The position numbers and the translations under genes are program-made. Below, piece by piece: positions 38,655-47,337 of a DNA stretch of 64,000 nucleotides (position 1 is the first letter of the stretch; each line of letters starts with the position of its first letter). The notes under the pieces were generated by a model. The model ran no database searches, was not told where the DNA came from, and saw only the letters and a list, made by a program, of their open reading frames with translations. The DNA is from Actinomycetota bacterium (GTDB taxonomy: Bacteria > Actinomycetota > Geothermincolia > Fen-727 > JAQUKT01). The DNA lies in the NCBI GenBank assembly GCA_028718945.1, contig JAQUKT010000003.1, positions 624-64,623 of the forward strand. The letters run 5' to 3'.

Positions 38655-40886
38655 TTACTTTAATATCTCAAGCTGTTTTCTCGATTCAGAGGCAAGGCTT
38701 CCCGAGGGTTCGATTTCTATTACCGCTTCGAATTCCTTTTTTGCTTCTCTCATACGACCGAGCGGCATATATGATTTTCCAAGAAGATATCTCAAGCGCG
38801 CGTTCTTTGAATCAATACTGACGCATTCTTCAAAAACGCGGGCCGCTTCCTCGTATTGCTCCGACATGAGGTAGAGCTCTCCCTTTATTATTCTTGCCTC
38901 GACTTCATCGGGATTGAATGCTATGTATTTATCGAGTTCAATGAGGGCGTCTCCGATGTGACCAAGCCTCATATATGCTTCCACCATAGCTGGTGAGGCA
39001 AAATCCGAATCTATTCGAGTCGCGCCTTTTAGTTTTCTCAAAGTTTCTCTGTATCGACTTTCCGCATTGAGGCACTCCCCCCAGAGTTCATAGAGACCAC
39101 TCATGGTTGCGCATCCATAAAGAGTTGGCACATACATTTTGTCTTCGAATTCGCTTTTGATTTCCTCATAAAGCAGTGATGCTCTTTTATATTCTTTTTT
39201 CGAATAGTGGTAGTTTGCGAGAAGCGCGCGCGGCATTAGCACTGCTTCTCTTGCGTCACTATCCATGTAGGGGACTCCTTTTCTTATGGAAGTGTTTGCT
39301 TTCCTTTCCGGTATCTCCGCGTCCATTGGAACCACTCTCAGGGCGTATCCAAGCCAGTATTCCTTTGCGTCTTTGAATACACAGAGGGAATGTGTCGAAT
39401 ATACGGGTTTCTCCCGGAAGTTCTTGAGCGCGACTTCTGTCAAATTATTCTGTGTTTTTGTTTCCTGAGATGGTTCGAGAGGTTTGGCAAGCAAATCAAG
39501 CCCCTCGAACCCGAATGCTCCGATTGATTCAGCGTTTATCACCCTTATATCGGTGCGAATTCCTTCCACGATTTGCATGTAACGGCATGGAAAAAAAACA
39601 TTGTCACTTTCAGTGAGGACAATTGATTCCGGTTCCGTAATTTCAAGTATTCTTCTTGCCATATCCTCGGCAAAATGGTAATTGCTCTTGTCAACTTTTT
39701 CGTAATGTATGATTCCCGCTGGAACAATTGTAAGAAGCGCAACGGCAAAACCAACTGAAAGAGACGCAATTTCAACAATCCGGTCCTGGTTCCTTGACCA
39801 TGAGCGAAGGACTCTGCCAAAATAAGCAACACCAATACCAATCCAGATTGAAAAGATCAGATAACTTGGATAATAAAAGTGCGCACGGAGAACCGGTTCT
39901 ATTTGTGTGTATGTCATTACTGGTAGAAGTGAAAGAAGGAAAAGCAGAACTAAGAACAGTGGAATCTTCTTTGACCGCTTCCTGAAAGAAAAAACAACAC
40001 CAAAAAGTCCAATCCAGGCAACATAGGGAAATTCCGTATTCAAGGTTCCAAAGTACCTCGAGAATCTGCCTGCAAAGTAGGCTGAAGGATATGTGAAAAG
40101 TCCGCCTCGCTGGTAATAGAGAGTTATATGTCTGAACCACCTGAGAAGCGTCGAGGGATCTCCGTAGTTATAGCCCGGACCCCTGAATGCGGCTACAGGC
40201 TGGTAGATGTATGGAAGCGCTCCAAGAATCATGAAAACAATTATTCTAAGCAAATTCTTAGGAGCGAGAATTGATTTCCAGTCTGTATCAACTATGAAGA
40301 AGATGAATGCGGGAAGCAGAAAAACAATGGTTATGTGGTTTGCCAGAGCGAGCCCGTATATGAATGCCATGAGGCAGAGAGTGTTCGTTGCTTTCTTTTC
40401 CCCTCCCTCATAAAAAAGCCTTTCCCATCTCAAAGTCAACAATATGAGGAGAGCTATGAAAAAAGCGTTCAGGCTGTACGTTTCAGGTATGACGGATTGA
40501 TACCAGAAAGTATATGAAAATGAATAGACGAGTGCGGCGACAAGACTACCCACCTTGCTTCTTGTTATTCTCAAAACTATGTGATAAATCAGGCAGGCGG
40601 TTAATGCGGCAAATATTCCAGAATATATGCTTGTCCTGAAAGCAAGGGTTCCAAAAGGAAAAATCCATGAAAATATTTTCGCGGTCAATAGAAACAACGG
40701 ATAACCAGGTCCATGCACATTTCCCATGGTTGCTATTCCCATGAGGAAGTCACCAGAATCAGCGAATGTGACGGTTCTTGCCGCGCAGGTTATATGAGTC
40801 AGAAGCACAAGAAAAAAGATAAATATTGATATCAAAAAATCGGGGTTTTTGACCGTTCCTTTTTGGATTGATATTTCTTTTTCCAT
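38655..40886 (-). CDS. DUF2723/GT-C (family 39-like) membrane glycosyltransferase-like protein with C-terminal TPR repeats (TMTC-like)
   Basis: About 11 TM helices with FADSGDF loop motif, then TPR-like C-terminal third; 743 aa. Confidence 0.65.
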   Translation of the reverse strand: MEKEISIQKGTVKNPDFLISIFIFFLVLLTHITCAARTVTFADSGDFLMGIATMGNVHGPGYPLFLLTAKIFSWIFPFGTLAFRTSIYSGIFAALTACLIYHIVLRITRSKVGSLVAALVYSFSYTFWYQSVIPETYSLNAFFIALLILLTLRWERLFYEGGEKKATNTLCLMAFIYGLALANHITIVFLLPAFIFFIVDTDWKSILAPKNLLRIIVFMILGALPYIYQPVAAFRGPGYNYGDPSTLLRWFRHITLYYQRGGLFTYPSAYFAGRFSRYFGTLNTEFPYVAWIGLFGVVFSFRKRSKKIPLFLVLLFLLSLLPVMTYTQIEPVLRAHFYYPSYLIFSIWIGIGVAYFGRVLRSWSRNQDRIVEIASLSVGFAVALLTIVPAGIIHYEKVDKSNYHFAEDMARRILEITEPESIVLTESDNVFFPCRYMQIVEGIRTDIRVINAESIGAFGFEGLDLLAKPLEPSQETKTQNNLTEVALKNFREKPVYSTHSLCVFKDAKEYWLGYALRVVPMDAEIPERKANTSIRKGVPYMDSDAREAVLMPRALLANYHYSKKEYKRASLLYEEIKSEFEDKMYVPTLYGCATMSGLYELWGECLNAESRYRETLRKLKGATRIDSDFASPAMVEAYMRLGHIGDALIELDKYIAFNPDEVEARIIKGELYLMSEQYEEAARVFEECVSIDSKNARLRYLLGKSYMPLGRMREAKKEFEAVIEIEPSGSLASESRKQLEILK

Positions 40887-40935
40887 GGCTAAATTATAGA
40901 CTTGGTTTTCAGGTTCTTCAAAAAATGGAGGCAGA

Positions 40936-41844
40936 ATGACCTGGTTTTATTATTTTGTTTCATTTTGTTTCGGGCTGATATTTGGAAGTTTTTTCAATGT
41001 TTGCATTTATAGGATTCCCAAGAAGGGATCGCTCGGAGAAAGGTCGAGGTGTCCTTTTTGCGGGGAGATAATACGTTGGTATGACAACATTCCGCTGTTG
41101 AGTTTCGCATTACTGAGAGCGAAATGCAGGCATTGCCATTCTCCCATTTCAATACAATATCCGATTGTCGAAGCTCTCACCGGTTCCTTGTTCGTTCTTG
41201 CTTACTGGTGGAGCACCGAATTTGTTCCTAAGGAATTGCACATAGAACAACAAGTTATTATCCCTGAACTCTTTCTCGGCCTTATTCTTGTCTCGATTCT
41301 CATTATCATCTCTGTGATTGATATTCAAAAGATGATTATCCCAAACATTGTAATCGGTCCGGGGATAGCCTTATCCTTTCTTTTGGTTGTCGCGTTTAGC
41401 CTTTCGAGGAGCCAACCAGGGCGTATCTCCCTTTCTCTTCTTTCAGGCACGATAGGGAGTGGATTCCTTCTAATTGTGGGGTTGCTTTACGGATATCTCT
41501 TCACGGAGAAATCCCCGCCTTCGGTGGAGGGGGATAAGGGAGAATCCGGGGAAGAAGAAATCAATGACGAAGGTGAAGGGATAAGAACGGGAGTGGGATT
41601 TGGTGATATCAAACTTGTTTTCTTCACCGGTCTCGTTCTTGGGTATTTTCACTGGTATTTGATCCTTGTTCAGTTGTTTTTTGGTTTCCTTATTGGCTCA
41701 CTGGTATCTATTGCACTTATGTTGATTTTCCATATTGGCAGAAAAGAACATGTTCCGTTTGGTCCATTTCTTGCTGCGGGTGCGGTAATCTCACTTGTAT
41801 TCGGTAGCAATCTTGTGGAGTTTTACCTGAAGATGTTTAGGTAA
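40936..41844 (+). CDS. pilD: Prepilin peptidase PilD (A24 family) with ~30-aa acidic loop insertion
   Basis: N-terminal tetracysteine CPFCG...CRHC, catalytic-Asp region GFGDIKL; insertion SVEGDKGESGEEEINDEGEG. Confidence 0.88.
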   Translation: MTWFYYFVSFCFGLIFGSFFNVCIYRIPKKGSLGERSRCPFCGEIIRWYDNIPLLSFALLRAKCRHCHSPISIQYPIVEALTGSLFVLAYWWSTEFVPKELHIEQQVIIPELFLGLILVSILIIISVIDIQKMIIPNIVIGPGIALSFLLVVAFSLSRSQPGRISLSLLSGTIGSGFLLIVGLLYGYLFTEKSPPSVEGDKGESGEEEINDEGEGIRTGVGFGDIKLVFFTGLVLGYFHWYLILVQLFFGFLIGSLVSIALMLIFHIGRKEHVPFGPFLAAGAVISLVFGSNLVEFYLKMFR

Positions 41845-41992
41845 GATTCATACTGGACCCTAAACTCTGAAGACAGAATCATATATAGAAAACTTTCGGC
41901 TCGTTCCTTTGAAACGTTTTACAAACCGATAAAATTTTATTAAACTGATAATAACTGCTATAGTTTGTTGAAAAAGTTGACGAATTAAAGTA

Positions 41993-42028
41993 TTGACAAC
42001 TTAGGTTGAAATGATACATAATTTTAGT
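41993..42028 (+). promoter_or_regulatory. Sigma70-like promoter candidate (TTGACA, 17/18-nt spacer, CATAAT) followed by palindrome CTCAAGTTGAG
   Basis: In 265-nt AT-rich intergenic region upstream of the small HTH gene and pilMNO; perfect palindrome at ~42036-42046 with a half-site repeat GTCTCAAC at ~42053. Confidence 0.4.
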
Positions 42029-42109
42029 CTCAAGTTGAGATAGATTGAAACAGTCTCAACCAGAGAATAAGATTTAAGCTCTTCGCCTTTACGATGGAAG
42101 TGAGCAAAA

Positions 42110-42277
42110 TTGAGCAAAAAGTTACTTACAGTTAATGAAGTGGCTCAGATACTTCGCGTTTCGAATATGACCGTATATCGCCTTGTTAAAAGCAAACAGA
42201 TTCCAGCCATTAAGGTTGGAAAGAATTATCGCATAAAAGAAAGCGATGTGGATGACTACTTGAAAAGGGGCTCATGA
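42110..42277 (+). CDS. Small (55 aa) helix-turn-helix DNA-binding protein, excisionase/MerR-like family
   Basis: TTG-initiated ORF LSKKLLTVNEVAQILRVSNMTVYRLVKSKQIPAIKVGKNYRIKESDVDDYL. Below the 60-aa cut-off, so absent from the ORF track. Confidence 0.5.
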   Translation: MSKKLLTVNEVAQILRVSNMTVYRLVKSKQIPAIKVGKNYRIKESDVDDYLKRGS

Positions 42278-42309
42278 TAGGTCAAGACAGGATGTTTTAG
42301 GTGATGTGA

Positions 42310-43371
42310 TTGGCAAGGACAGGAACTTCTATAGGAGTGGACATAAGCACCGGGTCGGTTAAGGTTGCCGAGGTGAATATAACGAGGGCAGAGCCGGTTC
42401 TGAACAAGTTGGGCATAATAATGCTTCCCGAAGGCGTAGTAAGGGATGGAGAGATCGAAGACCCGGCAAGTATTGCAGGTTACCTGAAGGAACTCTGGAA
42501 GACAAATCGATTCTCAAGACGGAAGGTCATTTTGGGTGTTTCAAATCAGAAAGTCATAGTAAGGTCAATGGACCTTCCATACATGGCTGAAGAGGAACTC
42601 GATAGTGCTGTTAGATATCAGGTGCAGGAGTTCATACCGATACCAATAGAAGATGCGATCATCGACTTTGAGGTCGTTGACGAATTCATGACCGGTGAGG
42701 AAGAAAGGATGCAGACAGTTCTCTTGGCGGCAGCTCACCGCGAAATGATTCAGAACTTTGTTGATGCTCTGCTTGGCGCCGGTCTTAATCCTGTGGCAGT
42801 TGAACTAAAAGCATTCGCGATGACTCGTTCCCTTCTAAAAAGAGAGTATCAGTTTCTCGAGGAGGAGGGCGAGGCGCCTGGAAGCGTTTGCCTCATAAAC
42901 ATTGGATCTGGAATATCCAATATTTGTGTTGTCAAGGAACAAACTCCCAGGTTCGTCAGGATGCTTATGAGGGGTGGCGATTACTTCACAAAATTGCTTT
43001 CAGACAAGTTGAAGCTATCGCCTGTTGATGCCGAGGAGATAAAGCAAGGAAGAAGCACTGATAAGGAAGCGAATGCCCTTCTCCAGCGCGAAATCCAGGC
43101 ATTCGTTGGGGAGATTCGCAGGTCGTTGGAATTCTACATTTCCCAGACTCAGGAGAGAGATTTGAAGAAGGTCATAATTTCTGGTAGCGGCTCGAGAATA
43201 ATCAATCTGCCGCTCGAGTTGAACAGGGCTTTGAGGCTTCCGATAGAGATAGGTCATCCACTTCAGAATGTTCAACTTGGAAAACTTCCCTACACTCCCG
43301 AGGAACTTGCTGAAATGGAAGCTTCTATTGCCGTATGTGTGGGACTTGCTTTGAGGGACTTGGAGGAATGA
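42310..43371 (+). CDS. pilM: Type IV pilus assembly protein PilM (actin-like ATPase)
   Basis: SIGVDISTGSVKVAEV N-terminus, FtsA/actin fold length; TTG start. Confidence 0.88.
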   Translation: MARTGTSIGVDISTGSVKVAEVNITRAEPVLNKLGIIMLPEGVVRDGEIEDPASIAGYLKELWKTNRFSRRKVILGVSNQKVIVRSMDLPYMAEEELDSAVRYQVQEFIPIPIEDAIIDFEVVDEFMTGEEERMQTVLLAAAHREMIQNFVDALLGAGLNPVAVELKAFAMTRSLLKREYQFLEEEGEAPGSVCLINIGSGISNICVVKEQTPRFVRMLMRGGDYFTKLLSDKLKLSPVDAEEIKQGRSTDKEANALLQREIQAFVGEIRRSLEFYISQTQERDLKKVIISGSGSRIINLPLELNRALRLPIEIGHPLQNVQLGKLPYTPEELAEMEASIAVCVGLALRDLEE

Positions 43372-43372
43372 A

Positions 43373-44119
43373 TTGACAAGGATAAACCTCCTGCCACCGG
43401 AAAGGGTAAAGGAAAAAAGGCGGGTAGCCCCGGCGAGATCATACGTCTGGCTTTTGATAGTGCTTCCACTCATTGCTATTGTAATTGTTGTTTTTTGGTT
43501 CATGAGTATGAATGGAAAGATTTCTGAGAAAACAAAGTTGAGGGATGAAGCAAATCAGGAGCTTTCCGAATGGCAGGCAAAGGTCAGCAGTTACAAGAAA
43601 TACGAGGAAATGGAAACCGGAATCAAGACCAAAACTACGAACGCATTGGGTGCTCTTAAGGGAAGGGTTTACTGGGCGAGAATCCTAAACGAAGTTGCGA
43701 TAATGTGTCCTACGGATATATGGCTTACATCACTTACTGGGACATCCCAGCAGGGGCAATCTGGGACGGTTCAGTTCGCGGGTTATGCCCTTCAATGTTC
43801 GAGCAGAATAGTTCCTGGTAGGTCATATCCTTATCTTCCCGACTACAGACCCATTGCAAGCTGGCTTGAGAGGATGGCACAAATAGCGGAGTTCCAGAAG
43901 ATATGGTTATCTAATGCTGCTCCGACTCAGGTGGGGGTAAATCCAGCAGTGGTAGCCACAACAACAGAAACCACGACAACTCAAACGACAGGGTACTGGG
44001 TCATCAGTTTCGGTTCTACTGCGACTCTCAACATGAATACCGCTATTGTTGGTCCACAATCAAGCTCACCTTCCTCACCCGCTCCCGCCACGCCTCCAAC
44101 GGGGGGTGGTGCAGAGTGA
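43373..44119 (+). CDS. pilN: Type IV pilus assembly protein PilN with Thr/Pro-rich C-terminal extension
   Basis: MTRINLLPPER + single TM + coiled coil. Confidence 0.8.
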   Translation: MTRINLLPPERVKEKRRVAPARSYVWLLIVLPLIAIVIVVFWFMSMNGKISEKTKLRDEANQELSEWQAKVSSYKKYEEMETGIKTKTTNALGALKGRVYWARILNEVAIMCPTDIWLTSLTGTSQQGQSGTVQFAGYALQCSSRIVPGRSYPYLPDYRPIASWLERMAQIAEFQKIWLSNAAPTQVGVNPAVVATTTETTTTQTTGYWVISFGSTATLNMNTAIVGPQSSSPSSPAPATPPTGGGAE

Positions 44120-44781
44120 TGAAGAGACCGGCAGTCGCGCTCCTCATAGGAATTTTCCTGTTTGTCGTTGTTCTTGGGGCGGGCTATTTTCTGCTTGTTG
44201 GTCCAAAAAACAAGGATATCGATAAGCTTGCAAAGGAAATAGAGGATATTGACACAAAGGTAAATGAAGAAAAAAGCAAGTACTCAAAACTTATTGACAT
44301 AAAGAATCGCCTTCCTGAGTATGAAGCAAAGCTCGCTGCTGTTGAAGCAATGATACCGGCCGAGCCTGAGCTTCCTTCACTTATAAGGAACATACAGGCG
44401 GCAGCTGACCCTGGAACCGGCGCGGGGATTCCATGGGTTTCTTTTACGCCCGGTGAAGTCGCTGCTGGACAGGCGGCAGCCGGACAACCTGCAGCTGGAC
44501 AGAAGACAGGAGCAGGGTTCTCTTCATACAGTCTTTCGATATCATGCGCTGGATGCTATTCGCAGGTAGTTGATTTCATTTACCGGCTTGAACGTATGCA
44601 AAGGGCAATTGTTATCGACGGTGTTACTCTCACACCAACAAGCGCGATTTTCAACACGAGCTACAGTCAGAATCTTGGACTTGTTAGTTGCCAGTTGACC
44701 GCAAAAACGTTTACATTTGCTGCGCCTGCTGGGGGGGCTGCGACAACCGCTCCAGCGGCTACGCCGGAGACTAAAAAGTAA
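44116..44781 (+). CDS. pilO: Type IV pilus assembly protein PilO
   Basis: N-terminal TM, coiled coil, position after pilN with 4-nt overlap. Confidence 0.75.
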   Translation: MMKRPAVALLIGIFLFVVVLGAGYFLLVGPKNKDIDKLAKEIEDIDTKVNEEKSKYSKLIDIKNRLPEYEAKLAAVEAMIPAEPELPSLIRNIQAAADPGTGAGIPWVSFTPGEVAAGQAAAGQPAAGQKTGAGFSSYSLSISCAGCYSQVVDFIYRLERMQRAIVIDGVTLTPTSAIFNTSYSQNLGLVSCQLTAKTFTFAAPAGGAATTAPAATPETKK

Positions 44782-44797
44782 TATCGGATGGTGAGAG

Positions 44798-45400
44798 ATG
44801 CCTGAGAGTATCAAGAAAATGAAGCCAAAAAAAAGTGATTCAATGTCAAAAAGAAAGAAGAACATAATTCTTGTTTCTTCGGTTTTGATTGCTGTTCTCG
44901 CACTCGGTCTTCTATTTATTGGCTCAGGGGGAGAGAAAAACAGGGGCAATATTACTGCTCAGACAAGTGCCCCCCAGACTTCCGGAGCCCAGACGCCTGC
45001 TACAACTCAGGAAACCAATGTGGAAGATATAATAGTTCCTCCGCTTTCGATATACAGGCGAAGGAATCCATTCAAACCGCTTGTGAATATGGAAGCCCCC
45101 GAGGCCGCCGCTACAACTCCTACAGGTACGGGCGGAGTTGTTGTTATTCCTCCGGAGATTGAGGCGGGTCTTTCAAATCCAGTTGTATCGCGCGCCATTA
45201 CTCTCGGGGGCATAACAAGGGAAAAGGGAAAAACATACGCGAGCATTCGTGTAAGTGATTCGGTTTTCGATAAAGTCGGAGTCGGCGATGTATTTGCGGA
45301 TAATTATAAATTGATTTCTCTTGGCAATGATGGGACTGCGACCATTTTGTATGGTGATGAGCGGTTTACGATTTCTGTTGGTCAGTCAGTCTATTGGTAA
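44798..45400 (+). CDS. Membrane-anchored hypothetical protein, PilP-like position in pilus operon
   Basis: Lys-rich N-terminus + TM + Thr/Ala-rich linker + C-terminal beta-rich domain; no family recognised. Confidence 0.4.
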   Translation: MPESIKKMKPKKSDSMSKRKKNIILVSSVLIAVLALGLLFIGSGGEKNRGNITAQTSAPQTSGAQTPATTQETNVEDIIVPPLSIYRRRNPFKPLVNMEAPEAAATTPTGTGGVVVIPPEIEAGLSNPVVSRAITLGGITREKGKTYASIRVSDSVFDKVGVGDVFADNYKLISLGNDGTATILYGDERFTISVGQSVYW

Positions 45401-45409
45401 TTGGTAATT

Positions 45410-45433
45410 GGGGTCAGACCTTCATTTTTGGTG
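45410..45433 (-). repeat. REP-like repeat arm B, minus orientation (GGGGTCAGACCTTCATTTTTGGTG on + strand)
   Basis: Reverse complement of arm B at 9903 and 55246. Confidence 0.75.
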
Positions 45434-45520
45434 TTTTTCCATCTAATCGGCGCGTTTTGCTATAGCGTTAGTGTTATCTCGAAGATTTTTTTGAGAAGAC
45501 CTTGAATGTTCAAGGGAGTT

Positions 45521-45556
45521 GGGCGGCACCATTTGCGGGTGCCGCAACTTTTTGTT
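45521..45556 (+). terminator. Rho-independent terminator after the pilus operon
   Basis: Perfect 8-bp stem GCGGCACC-atttgc-GGTGCCGC followed by AACTTTTTGTT. Confidence 0.65.
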
Positions 45557-45579
45557 GAATTTCTGTTTGAGGAGATAAG

Positions 45580-46752
45580 ATGAGACTGAGATTTCTTTCC
45601 GCTGGAGAGTCCCATGGTCAGAGAATCTGCGTGATTGTGGAAGGATTGCCTGCCGGCCTTGCGGTTAATCCGGATGAGATAAATCGCGAGCTTTCAAGAA
45701 GACAGGGTGGATACGGCAGGGGCGGAAGAATGGAGATAGAAAAAGACAGAGCGTTGATTGTTTCTGGTGTGAGGTACGGGGTTACCACCGGGGCTCCGGT
45801 CTCTGTTGAAATAGAAAATCTTGATTACAAGAACTGGGCTGATGTAATGGCAGTCGAGGAGCCCCGAGAGAAAGCAAAGCCGGTTACCAGACCAAGACCG
45901 GGTCACGTAGACCTCGCTGGAATGCTCAAAACCGCATCCATGGACGCAAGAGATGTTATGGAACGAGCGAGCGCAAGGGAAACCGCCTCAAGGGTCGCTG
46001 CCGGTTCGATTGCCAAACTTCTGCTTTCTGAAATTGGCGTTCGTGTCATGGGGATGGTTGTTCAGATAGGAAGCGTGAAGGTAAGCGGTGGAGAAGCAGA
46101 ACTCCATTCGTTTGAGAGGGCGTTTTCCGACCCGCTTCTTTGTTGCGATCCAGCAGTTTCAAAGAACATGATGGAAGAGATAGATAGCGCCAGGGAAGAT
46201 GGCGATACGCTCGGTGGCGTCTTCGAGGTTGCCGCGTTCGGAGTCGTCCCAGGTCTTGGCTCGCATACACAATGGGATAGAAGGCTTGACGGAAAACTTG
46301 CTTGTGCGCTTATGTCGATACCTGGAATAAAGGGAGTTGAGATAGGAGGTGGGTTTTCACTTTCCGCTTCAAAAGGCTCATCCGTTCACGATGAGATTAT
46401 ACTCCGCGAAGATGAATGTATCGGGCGCAGGACAAATCGCGCTGGTGGAATAGAGGCGGGAATAACGAATGGGGAAACCATTTTGGTTCGTGCCGCAATG
46501 AAGCCCATACCAACACTTCAAAAGCCGCTAAAAACGGTTGACCTTGCTACCATGAAAGAGGCATCTGCCTCGGTCGAAAGGTCTGATATTTGTGCGGTTC
46601 CATCAGCCTGTGTTATTGGCGAAGCGGTTGTCGCGCTGACTCTTGCTGATGCCGCACTTGAAAAGTTCGGTGGAGATTCATTGAAGGAATTCAAGCGAAA
46701 CTATGAGGGGTATGTCGAACAGATATCGCGTTTCTGGAAAATCGAAAGGTGA
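45580..46752 (+). CDS. aroC: Chorismate synthase AroC
   Basis: AGESHG, GGRSSARET-like motifs; 390 aa. Confidence 0.92.
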   Translation: MRLRFLSAGESHGQRICVIVEGLPAGLAVNPDEINRELSRRQGGYGRGGRMEIEKDRALIVSGVRYGVTTGAPVSVEIENLDYKNWADVMAVEEPREKAKPVTRPRPGHVDLAGMLKTASMDARDVMERASARETASRVAAGSIAKLLLSEIGVRVMGMVVQIGSVKVSGGEAELHSFERAFSDPLLCCDPAVSKNMMEEIDSAREDGDTLGGVFEVAAFGVVPGLGSHTQWDRRLDGKLACALMSIPGIKGVEIGGGFSLSASKGSSVHDEIILREDECIGRRTNRAGGIEAGITNGETILVRAAMKPIPTLQKPLKTVDLATMKEASASVERSDICAVPSACVIGEAVVALTLADAALEKFGGDSLKEFKRNYEGYVEQISRFWKIER

Positions 46753-47303
46753 CCCCCGTGAAAACAAACATAGTTCTCTGTGGATTCATGGCATCCGGCA
46801 AGACGACCGTTGGAAGGATTCTTTCGCAGTTGACTGGAAAAGGATTCGTTGATACCGATTCGATAATCGAAGAAAGAATGGGAATGAACATAAGGCAAAT
46901 ATTCTCCGAATTGGGGGAGAGATATTTCCGCGGTCTCGAGCGCGACATTGTTATCGAGGCATCGGGCAGGAAAAACATTGTGATTGCCCTCGGGGGCGGG
47001 GCAGTTCTTGACCCCGAAAATGTGAAGGACATTAGAAAAGAGGGCATTGTCTATCTTCTCAAGGTAAGTCCAGAGGAAGCTGTGAGAAGGTCAAAGGAAA
47101 GCCTCGAGGAGAGACCTCTGATGGGCGACCAGGCGGAGGATGCCGAAATTCTCATGCGCGCAAGGGAGGATGCGTACCTGAGGGCTGCCGATGTTGTGAT
47201 AGAAACAGACGACCGAAAACCAGAAGAACTCGCGAAACAGATTGCAAATGATTTCAAGGATAAGACACAAACAAATTCTTCCCTGCAAAACCCGGGATTA
47301 TGA
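46749..47303 (+). CDS. aroK: Shikimate kinase AroK
   Basis: Walker A GFMASGKTTVG, overlaps aroC stop. Confidence 0.85.
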   Translation: MTPVKTNIVLCGFMASGKTTVGRILSQLTGKGFVDTDSIIEERMGMNIRQIFSELGERYFRGLERDIVIEASGRKNIVIALGGGAVLDPENVKDIRKEGIVYLLKVSPEEAVRRSKESLEERPLMGDQAEDAEILMRAREDAYLRAADVVIETDDRKPEELAKQIANDFKDKTQTNSSLQNPGL

Positions 47304-47337
47304 TTGAAACTAACCCCAAAAAGGAAAGGCAATTCAA

